DNA of 63,085 nucleotides, filler included, from Octopus bimaculoides (Eukaryota): assembly GCF_001194135.2 (NCBI RefSeq). It is 6 parts of 4 records of this genome, joined end to end, with 100 filler letters (N's around TTAATTAATTAA, not from the genome) between each part and the next. Parts side by side here need not be neighbours in the genome. Positions count along the whole stretch, not along the records: positions 50,550 to 56,164 come from NC_068983.1; positions 56,265 to 60,804 come from NC_068996.1; positions 60,905 to 63,085 come from NC_068987.1; 3 more parts are not named here. One strand, 5' to 3'. Below the pieces are notes generated by a model, which saw only the letters and a program-made list of their open reading frames with translations, was not told the DNA's origin and did no database searches. Both the position numbers and the translations under genes were made by a program. Within the stretch, counting starts at the first letter, position 1; each line of letters opens with the position of its first letter. Positions 53,963 to 63,085 of this stretch are shown one piece after another.

Positions 53963-54230
53963 AATCAGACCTTCTAGCTTCTAAAACTGTTAGTCTGGAT
54001 GCTAAAATCTCAAAGTATCTTATTTTTCTTACTTTCTAACACTTTACTAGGTTCATGTTCATACCACTTATCAGTATAGTCAAATCCTAGCTTCCTACAC
54101 AACACCCAGTAAATTATTCTCCCTGGGTTATTGTCTCTTTTCTTCTCTTTTCTCTATGCCACTTTCCTCTTTTGATTTATATAACCTATATTGGGAATCT
54201 ACCTGATTTTGTCTGTCTTGGCTTTTTTTC
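53632..54230 (-). pseudogene. RLE-type (R4/Dong-like) element C-terminal remnant with an in-frame (GTA)18 expansion
   Basis: The - strand reads GRIIYWVLCRKLGFDYTDKWYEHEPSKVLE...IL*DFSIQT, VLEARRSDL(V)18DKKN*KC, EKIAKYKDL and SARILKKVLAS. Confidence 0.8.
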
Positions 54231-54319
54231 CAATTAGTCCTCAAAGCTTGATCCTGCGCTGCTACTAACAAACTTTCGGTCTCCTTTTCAGCCTAACTTT
54301 CTGCAACCACAGCCATGTC

Positions 54320-54658
54320 CAGTGGCCCGGAAACAAAATTTGCTTAGGGGGTGCAAACTCAGTTTCAAAATTTGGCACTACTGGAGAAGTGTGGATCCGA
54401 GTTCTGGGAGTATGCATGTCACAAATTTGCGCATGCGCCCGCATTAGTCGTAAGTAGTCGAATTTAGCACACAGGTAAAAAACGAGACGCTCGCTACTTG
54501 CTGTAAATGGAGGGTGGGTTATCCATCTGATACAAGAAGAAAATTGCATATAAATTGAATAAAATTGAATGAAAAATAACAAAATGATATTTCATTGAAA
54601 AGTAAACCATTCTGAAAGATAGTTCAGAATGTTTTCAAAACATTCATCTCCAGCTTTT
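54320..54658. mobile_element. Possible hAT-type terminal region
   Basis: Starts CAGTGGCCCGGAAAC...AGGGGGTGC, a hAT-like terminus; lies next to the hAT transposase across a gap, so linkage is unproven. Confidence 0.35.
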
Positions 54659-55316
54659 NNNNNNNNNNNNNNNNNNNNNNNNNNNNNNNNNNNNNNNNNN
54701 NNNNNNNNNNNNNNNNNNNNNNNNNNNNNNNNNNNNNNNNNNNNNNNNNNNNNNNNNNNNNNNNNNNNNNNNNNNNNNNNNNNNNNNNNNNNNNNNNNNN
54801 NNNNNNNNNNNNNNNNNNNNNNNNNNNNNNNNNNNNNNNNNNNNNNNNNNNNNNNNNNNNNNNNNNNNNNNNNNNNNNNNNNNNNNNNNNNNNNNNNNNN
54901 NNNNNNNNNNNNNNNNNNNNNNNNNNNNNNNNNNNNNNNNNNNNNNNNNNNNNNNNNNNNNNNNNNNNNNNNNNNNNNNNNNNNNNNNNNNNNNNNNNNN
55001 NNNNNNNNNNNNNNNNNNNNNNNNNNNNNNNNNNNNNNNNNNNNNNNNNNNNNNNNNNNNNNNNNNNNNNNNNNNNNNNNNNNNNNNNNNNNNNNNNNNN
55101 NNNNNNNNNNNNNNNNNNNNNNNNNNNNNNNNNNNNNNNNNNNNNNNNNNNNNNNNNNNNNNNNNNNNNNNNNNNNNNNNNNNNNNNNNNNNNNNNNNNN
55201 NNNNNNNNNNNNNNNNNNNNNNNNNNNNNNNNNNNNNNNNNNNNNNNNNNNNNNNNNNNNNNNNNNNNNNNNNNNNNNNNNNNNNNNNNNNNNNNNNNNN
55301 NNNNNNNNNNNNNNNN

Positions 55317-56164
55317 CTGCTGACAATAGCAACTCCTCTTGCTCAGAGCATACACGTATTCCCTGTTGCTGAAACCGGTGAGTCAATTCATTTTCGATGA
55401 CAGCCACTATAGAGAAAAATTGCCGACGCCAGTCATCGGTGACAGAAAGAGCAGCTTCTTCAGTAGTTGTTGTGTGCCTAAAGCGCAGTGATGTATTTTT
55501 AGATCGCGAAATGTTGGGCATTTTCACCAAGTCAGAAGAGGATACTTCATCAAAATATTTTTCAAAAACCTTCTCACTTCTCATATTTGAAAGAGAGTTT
55601 TTCAACTTTTCAATCAATTTCAAGCAATCACCGGCTGTCGTGCTTGGATGCTGTAAGCCACGTGCCACTGGCTCACATACCCCAAATATATCCCCAGCAA
55701 TTTTAATGTCGAACAAAATGGAAGCTTTGCCAGATTGCTTTAGCAGCCCTTTAACAGTAGCCTTTGTTGTTGCTCTTAACGAGAAGTCATTAAGAAGGTC
55801 AAGCAAAACAATTTTGAATATCCTTATAATTGTTTTCTGCTCATTTCAGTGCTGTTGCTCTAATGCACCACCGAGTTGAACACACTGCTTGCAACACAAA
55901 GATTTGTCCATTGTGCTTTTCTTTTTGGTGACTCTTTTACAAGAATGGCGCATTGAGGAACAAAGTTCAGTGCATCAGCTACAAAGGTAACCTTAAAACT
56001 AACTTCTTGGAGGACAAAGTCTAGAGAGTGGTTTCCACAGTGTACAAAATATGTACCTGGGAACAAATTTTTCAATCGCATTTGTACACCTGAAATGTTT
56101 CCACTCATGGTACTTGCACCATCAAATGAAAAACAGCATAACTTTGAGCCAAGTGAAATGTTTA
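55317..56164 (-). pseudogene. hAT-superfamily (Tip100/ZMYM1-like) transposase fragment, gap-bounded, with at least one frameshift or stop
   Basis: CFSFDGASTMSGNISGVQMRLK...YFVHCGNHSLDFVL (DGA..M.G and C..H motifs), then a long helical insertion region ending WRRQFFSIVAVIENELTHRF. Confidence 0.88.
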
Positions 56165-56771
56165 NNNNNNNNNNNNNNNNNNNNNNNNNNNNNNNNNNNN
56201 NNNNNNNNTTAATTAATTAANNNNNNNNNNNNNNNNNNNNNNNNNNNNNNNNNNNNNNNNNNNNATATATATATATATATATACTACGGGCTTCTTTCAG
56301 TTTCTGTCAACCAAATCCACTCAAAGGATTTGGTCGGTCCGGGGCTATAGTTGAAAACATTTGCCCAAGGTACCACGCAGTGGGACTCAACCTGGAACCA
56401 CGTAAATGGGAAGCTTCTTACCACACAGCCTCTCCTGCGCTTCTATAGAGGAGGATTAGGGCCTTGGGTTAGAGTTAGGCTAGGGTTTAGAGTCAAGTTT
56501 AGTGTCAGAGTTTAGGATTAGGATTAGGGTTAGGGTTAGGTTAGACTACACGCAAAAGTGTAGATGGCGAAGTAGAGCGCACGTTAAAGTGACATTTGAT
56601 AATCAATTAACCGCTAACAAAACACATTGGCGGTTTTGTTAATAGTATAATAGTTTTTGAAAATAGTATAATATTTATTAATTGAATGATTGATTGATTG
56701 AAAGACAGATGTGTGTGCGTGTGTGTGTAGATAGATAGATAGATAGGTAAGTAGATAGGTAGGTAGATAAT

Positions 56772-56815
<44 letters not shown>

Positions 56816-56872
56816 TAGTTAGATAGACAGACATACAGACAGACAGATATATATATATATATAGAGAGAGAG

Positions 56873-56937
<65 letters not shown>

Positions 56938-57019
56938 TCTTGACGGTCTGTCTTACCGCCGAAATGCTGGCAGTTTCGCTCGTCACATCGAACTAAACTT
57001 AATCATTAAGCGGGCCCTG

Positions 57020-57803
57020 ATGGAGAAAAAAAGTGACAGAAAAATTTAAGGTGGAATACTTGCGCAGACTGAGACTGATCCTTAAGACGAAATTAAACTG
57101 ACGGAATAAGATCGAAGCTATCACCACCTGGGCAGTTTCACTCTTTAGATATGGAACAGGGGTAATCGCATGGACAGTAGACGAACTAAACAGCTTAGAC
57201 CGAAAGACAAGGAAGTTGTTAACTAGATATAAGTCACTCCACCCAAGAAGTGACACAGACAGACTAAATGTGCCAAGAAAAAGAGGAGGAAGAGGACTTA
57301 TTTGATGCAAACACAACATTAGAGCAGAAGAAAACAACATAGCATGGTATGTAAAAAATACCACTGAACCGCTATTATTAGAAGTAAGACGGTCAGGCTT
57401 GTGTTGGATGGAAGATTGCAAAGATAAAGCACTGTACAAGCAATTGAAAACGATTGGAACTGAAAATAGGTGGGTAAAGAAAAGAATGCATGGACAATTT
57501 CATAGGGATGTTGAAGATAAGACAGATAAAGAAAAAAGATGGCTGTCGATGACAAAATGTGATTTAAAACCAGAAATGGAGGCTCTAATCTGTGCTGCCC
57601 AAGGGCAAGCACTAAGAACAAACTACATAAAATACAGAATAGACAACACATCAGAAAGTGATAAGTGCAGAATCTGTGGACAAAATGGTGAAACCGTATG
57701 GCATATTACCAGTCTATGTACGCCACTAGCCCAGAAGGAATATAAGAGCCGTCATGACAATATAGCAAGGATTATCCATTGGACACTTTGCACCAAATGT
57801 AGA
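57020..57803 (+). pseudogene. RLE-type (R4/Dong-like) non-LTR retrotransposon: RT C-terminal region plus CCHC zinc knuckle, cut by a gap
   Basis: A single frame with two in-frame stops: NKIEAITTWAVSLFRYG, LDRKTRKLL, LHPRSDTDRLNVPRKRGGRGL, MHGQF, ICAAQGQALRT, CRICGQNGETVWHITSLC and RHDNIARIIHW. Confidence 0.92.
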
Positions 57804-58284
57804 NNNNNNNNNNNNNNNNNNNNNNNNNNNNNNNNNNNNNNNNNNNNNNNNNNNNNNNNNNNNNNNNNNNNNNNNNNNNNNNNNNNNNNNNNNNNNNNNN
57901 NNNNNNNNNNNNNNNNNNNNNNNNNNNNNNNNNNNNNNNNNNNNNNNNNNNNNNNNNNNNNNNNNNNNNNNNNNNNNNNNNNNNNNNNNNNNNNNNNNNN
58001 NNNNNNNNNNNNNNNNNNNNNNNNNNNNNNNNNNNNNNNNNNNNNNNNNNNNNNNNNNNNNNNNNNNNNNNNNNNNNNNNNNNNNNNNNNNNNNNNNNNN
58101 NNNNNNNNNNNNNNNNNNNNNNNNNNNNNNNNNNNNNNNNNNNNNNNNNNNNNNNNNNNNNNNNNNNNNNNNNNNNNNNNNNNNNNNNNNNNNNNNNNNN
58201 NNNNNNNNNNNNNNNNNNNNNNNNNNNNNNNNNNNNNNNNNNNNNNNNNNNNNNNNNNNNNNNNNNNNNNNNNNNNNNNNNNNN

Positions 58285-58470
58285 AGCAAACCTCTGCCAA
58301 CACCAACGTCCTCTCAACGATTAGCCAAAAATTATATTTAAAATGAGAATATCTGAAATAAAAATAAACCCGACCGCTTTCAAAAATGAAGTAAAAAAAA
58401 CAGCGGGAAAATAATCCAGAATCCTTGTCCGGTACCTGATCGATTCCAATGGTAGTCATGGAATGTGAAG
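58285..58470 (+). mobile_element. Partial copy (5' half) of the Helentron-like non-autonomous element
   Basis: Aligns with 59718-59900 (aaacctc.g.caacac.aacgtcctctcaa.gattagcc...aatgagaatatctgaaataaa...taatccagaatccttg). Confidence 0.75.
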
Positions 58471-59069
58471 GTGGGTGTGCGGGCCGTGTTTGCAATGTTG
58501 TGTGTGTGTGTGTGTGTGTGTGTGTCGTCTGCAGTGGGAACAGGGACAGTTTTCTCTATGAAGGCTTTTTTTTTAGTCTATCCACTGATATAGTGTCTTT
58601 ATGACCATTAGGTCTATAGTGAAAAATTTATCCGTGAGTGGAAGAAAATGGAAAGGACCTACACACGGTGCTGTTAACTAAGGTTTAATATCATTGTTGC
58701 GCACAAAAACGTGAGTCCAAGAAGTAAAGCTTCCTTCAAAGCAGAGCTGGAAATACAATTGTCAAGTAGGTAAGAAGTTATAAACAAGAGCGATATATTC
58801 AAAATTTGTAAAACTAAAAATTGTAGAGGATAAATTAAATTTATTATTGTTACTGAATATGTTAGTGTTATTTAATTTCTGAATAGTTTTACTGCCGTTT
58901 GTTTATGTAGTTTGATTTCTTTATCCATCAGTTTCTACTAAGATAGAGACGTGAGTATAATTAATAATAGAGAAACGAAAATATAACTTTAGAAACAATC
59001 TAAAGGGAGATAATTCAGAATGACTTGAAAGTGAACGTAAGATCCTAATCGTGTAAAGTAAAATAAGCA

Positions 59070-59262
59070 AAACAAATAATCCAGAATCCTTGTCCGGTAC
59101 TGGATCGATCCCCAAATCTAATTATTTTGTGCCAGTCACGAGGCCAAACATCCCTGAAAGTTTCATCCGAATGCATCCAGCAGTTCTTGAAATATCTTGT
59201 CCACGGTCAAACAAACAAACAAACACGACTGAAAACAATACCTCCGCCTTAGCGAAGGCGGA

Positions 59263-59266
<4 letters not shown>
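59070..59266 (+). mobile_element. Partial copy (3' half) of the Helentron-like element ending in a perfect hairpin
   Basis: CCTCCGCCTT-AGCG-AAGGCGGAGG (10-bp stem) at about 59241-59264, followed by (TAA)n. Confidence 0.75.
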
Positions 59267-59323
<57 letters not shown>

Positions 59324-59384
59324 GGAAGAAGAAGAAGAAGAAGAAGAAGAAGAAGAAGAAGAAGAAGAAGAAATACAATCCTTT

Positions 59385-59692
59385 AAAATCTAAAATAGGA
59401 AGAATTTGGAATATACGAACAGTAAAGGCCGTGCCCATAATAATTGGTGCGTTGGGAATAGTAAGCAAAGATATAGACAAATGGCTGATGAAGACGGGAA
59501 TAGAATGCCTAGTAAAGCTCCTGGAGAAAATTTGTCTTTTAGGGACAGCAAGGATTATCAGGAGGGTTCTAAGCACTTGAAAGACTGCTGAAAACTTGTG
59601 GGATATCTTATTTTACAGGTAGTAAATCGTTATCCACACAAATCCTACCAGGAATAAGACCGAACTTGAGTCAAACAGAAATAATAACAATA
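59385..59692 (+). mobile_element. 3' fragment of an RLE-type element after (AAT)n(GAA)n
   Basis: IGRIWNIRTVKAVPIIIGALGIVSK...LLEKICLLGTARIIRRVLST*, then UTR. Confidence 0.85.
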
Positions 59693-60071
59693 CCAACAAG
59701 AGCATTCAGAGAGCGCAAACCTCCGGCAACACGAACGTCCTCTCAATGATTAGCCAGAGATGATTTTTTAAATGAGAATATCTGAAATAAACTCGAATGC
59801 TCTCGCAAACGAGAATACTAAAAAATAACCAGACTGTTCTCAAAAATTAAGTATAAAACCAGGAAAGATAATCCAGAATCCTTGTTCGGTACCGGATCGA
59901 TCCCAAAATCTAATCGGTTCGTGCCTGTCACAGAGCCAAACATCCCTGACAGTTTCATCCGAATCCATTCATCGGTTCTTGAGATATCTTGTCCGAGGAC
60001 AAACTAACAAATAAATAAACACGACTGAAAACAATACCTCCACCTTCGCTTTCGCTAAGGCGCAGGTAATA
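59693..60071 (+). mobile_element. Apparently full-length Helentron-like (HINE/DINE-1-type) non-autonomous element
   Basis: 5' aacaagagcattcagagagcgcaaACCTCCG, with a subterminal inverted match to the 3' end; 3' stem-loop cctcc.ccttcgc...ctaaggcg.aggtaataa; A/T-run flanks; no ORF. Confidence 0.6.
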
Positions 60072-60504
60072 ACAAAGACGAATGGATTTTACACGTCTGC
60101 AAATATTTCATCAAGAAATTTCATCTATGTGGACTCCCTTGTTGCAGATGATTGACGAGAATTCCTGCATAGATGATATGTTTATAGTGATTAAAACCAG
60201 GATCTTGCATGCAACCGACCGAGCGCCCGTGAACTGAAATCCCCGTTAACAGGCCCTTGATATTAAATAAAATGTTAAACACATACTGTATGCAGATTAG
60301 CTGCTCCAGTTTTCTGTAGCTACTGCATTTGTTGAGTATATAAACAGATTGGCTGCCCACGTTTCTGGATTGATCAAATTGATGAGAGTTCAATAAGGTT
60401 CGAAAATGAATTTTAGGCTGTTCATAATTTTCTTCAGTCTCTAAAGAAATCGTTAAATTTTCCTTGTTTAACATAATCTACAATATAGACATTGTTTACA
60501 TTTG

Positions 60505-60770
60505 ACGGGCATATGGCGTAGTGGTTAAGAGCGCGTGCTACTAACCCCAATATTCCGAGTTCCAATCCAGGCAGTGACCTGAATTATAATAATAATAACA
60601 TCGAAAAATATCTTAGGAATGAGAACCCAGGTTCGAAATTTCCCCAAGTCACCTGATGAAGGCTAGAGGGTATATCAGCCGAAACGTTGTGTTAACAACA
60701 AACAAGATGAGGACAAATATCCGTCAATTGTGAATAATATATATAATTCCTCATCTCTTACAAATAGAAC
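60505..60770 (+). mobile_element. tRNA-headed SINE-like element carrying the family 1 hammerhead module (copy C)
   Basis: A box TGGCGTAGTGG (about 60513) and B-box-like GAGTTCCAATCC (about 60556), an (AAT)n linker, then the hammerhead at 60648-60693 and the shared tail. Confidence 0.75.
60648..60693 (+). ncRNA. Minimal type-I hammerhead ribozyme motif (best-preserved copy)
   Basis: Helix I CAC/GTG, core CTGATGA (60653-59) plus A, helix II GGCT/AGCC, GAAA, loopless helix III AC/GT, putative cleavage triplet GUU. Confidence 0.6.
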
Positions 60771-60904
60771 TGTATCTACAATGTAGTTTATATCATTGCT
60801 CCGCNNNNNNNNNNNNNNNNNNNNNNNNNNNNNNNNNNNNNNNNNNNNTTAATTAATTAANNNNNNNNNNNNNNNNNNNNNNNNNNNNNNNNNNNNNNNN
60901 NNNN

Positions 60905-60945
<41 letters not shown>

Positions 60946-60950
<5 letters not shown>

Positions 60951-61359
60951 GTCATCCCATACATAATGCGGTTTTTTCAATTGCATGAATTAAAAGTCGG
61001 ACAGGGACGGGATTAACTACCTGCATCAATTTGCTATACAAGCAGGTAGTAATTCTACCTTGTCCTTATTCTTAGTGCAAATTTGGAAGAGTGCAGTTCG
61101 ATTTTAACAGTTATATTTACAAAGCTATAATGGAAGTGACAAAGGAGCATTTTCGGCATATTTTGCTTTACGAGTTCAATAAAGTACGAAGAATATTAAT
61201 GCAGTATATGGGGATTGGACAATAAACATAAGCCATTGTCAACGGTGGTTCCAGAAATTCCGAGCCGGAGACTACAGCCTAGAAGATGAGCCTCGTCCTG
61301 GAAGATCTGTAGAACTCGACGAGGACGTCCTGCAAACCCTTGTGGAACAAAATCCCATG
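60946..61359 (+). mobile_element. 5' part of a mariner element (TIR, leader, start of transposase), interrupted by a family 2 repeat
   Basis: TIR ttgggtcatcccatacataatgcggtttttt; MEVTKEHFRHILLYEFNK...; the downstream DNA aligns with the - strand copy at 44480-44715. Confidence 0.88.
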
Positions 61360-61521
61360 GTGTTTCTCCGTGTTTCTCTCCTTGTTTCTTTCTGTGTTCC
61401 TTTCTGTGGAAAAGCGTAGGCTCGAAACGTTAAAGACTTTTTCACTTCCCGTGCGTTAAACTAACACATCTGTTGGTTTTCTACACCACCTGTCTTCGTC
61501 TTAGTTTTTGTGAATTCTCCC
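61358..61521 (+). mobile_element. Hammerhead-like repeat family 2, complete-looking copy ending in (TA)n
   Basis: CTTT/AAAG helix I (61400-03/61432-35), CTGTGGA core variant, AGC/GCT helix II, GAAAC-GTT. Confidence 0.7.
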
Positions 61522-62460
61522 TATATATATATATATATATATNNNNNNNNNNNNNNNNNNNNNNNNNNNNNNNNNNNNNNNNNNNNNNNNNNNNNNNNNN
61601 NNNNNNNNNNNNNNNNNNNNNNNNNNNNNNNNNNNNNNNNNNNNNNNNNNNNNNNNNNNNNNNNNNNNNNNNNNNNNNNNNNNNNNNNNNNNNNNNNNNN
61701 NNNNNNNNNNNNNNNNNNNNNNNNNNNNNNNNNNNNNNNNNNNNNNNNNNNNNNNNNNNNNNNNNNNNNNNNNNNNNNNNNNNNNNNNNNNNNNNNNNNN
61801 NNNNNNNNNNNNNNNNNNNNNNNNNNNNNNNNNNNNNNNNNNNNNNNNNNNNNNNNNNNNNNNNNNNNNNNNNNNNNNNNNNNNNNNNNNNNNNNNNNNN
61901 NNNNNNNNNNNNNNNNNNNNNNNNNNNNNNNNNNNNNNNNNNNNNNNNNNNNNNNNNNNNNNNNNNNNNNNNNNNNNNNNNNNNNNNNNNNNNNNNNNNN
62001 NNNNNNNNNNNNNNNNNNNNNNNNNNNNNNNNNNNNNNNNNNNNNNNNNNNNNNNNNNNNNNNNNNNNNNNNNNNNNNNNNNNNNNNNNNNNNNNNNNNN
62101 NNNNNNNNNNNNNNNNNNNNNNNNNNNNNNNNNNNNNNNNNNNNNNNNNNNNNNNNNNNNNNNNNNNNNNNNNNNNNNNNNNNNNNNNNNNNNNNNNNNN
62201 NNNNNNNNNNNNNNNNNNNNNNNNNNNNNNNNNNNNNNNNNNNNNNNNNNNNNNNNNNNNATAACTATGTAGATCTTATTAGCAATGACAAGTTCACAGA
62301 AGCATGTTTTGTAGCAACGATTGGAATTATATATGGGACACTTTTATATTTTATAGTAACCATAGCTGAGCCTTTTTGATGTTGTATAGACAAAAAGAGG
62401 GGCGGGGCAAAATCGTTTGATTGATGAGCTTGCATTTGATGCGTGTGCGTGCGTATACGT

Positions 62461-62500
<40 letters not shown>

Positions 62501-62906
62501 TCGTGTGTGTGTGCAAGTATTAGCGTACAACTTTCTTTTATTCTTTAACTGGCTTTCGTTATTCAGCTTCAGTGATGGAGAGGTGCTGATTTTCCCGATT
62601 TTGAGAGACTTAGCTAATTATATCGTACCAGTGCATAATCTCGAGTGTGTATCGGAGAGAGAGACACAAAGAAGGAGAAAGAAAGAGAGAGACAATACGT
62701 TTTGTATATGTGTATGTGTCTGTATACATACATATATATTGTATGTGTATATATATATATATGCACACACACAATATGTATGTGTATACTCACATATACA
62801 CACATACACAACGTACTCTTCTCTCTCTCACCGTACACGCACAAACAAATTCACACATACGCACATACACATATATACGCACAACTAAATATATATATAT
62901 ATATAC

Positions 62907-63003
<97 letters not shown>

Positions 63004-63085
63004 GTCAAGACGAAGAGTGCGATTTTAGATGTTTTATTTTTTGAACAATATTTCGACAGAACGTCTGTCTTTCTCAAGTTCAAAC

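Noticed and set aside
56960-56995. - strand gTGACGAGCGAAAC resembling a hammerhead core
   Set aside because: The first core base is wrong, there is no real helix II, and I see no helix I pairing.

Overview
AT-rich, microsatellite-saturated animal genomic DNA from a gapped draft assembly (many N runs, five of them artificial N44-TTAATTAATTAA-N44 spacers). The repeat landscape most resembles an octopus or other coleoid cephalopod; this is an inference from pattern recognition, not a database result. I find no intact protein-coding gene, and most listed ORFs are translations of microsatellites or gaps. Recognisable content is decayed mobile DNA: R4/Dong-like RLE non-LTR fragments, CR1/Jockey-group, RTE and probable Tx1-like LINE remnants, a Penelope-like GIY-YIG remnant, mariner, Tc1 and hAT transposase pseudogenes, three tRNA-derived SINE families, a long foldback element and Helentron-like non-autonomous elements. 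The most interesting signal is two unrelated dispersed repeat families, three copies each, that fold into the same minimal type-I hammerhead ribozyme architecture seen in Penelope-like elements. One copy sits directly behind a tRNA-derived Pol III head, which suggests a ribozyme-bearing SINE. A few small + strand candidate exons (best: 13436-13480) hint that the window may be intronic to a large host gene.
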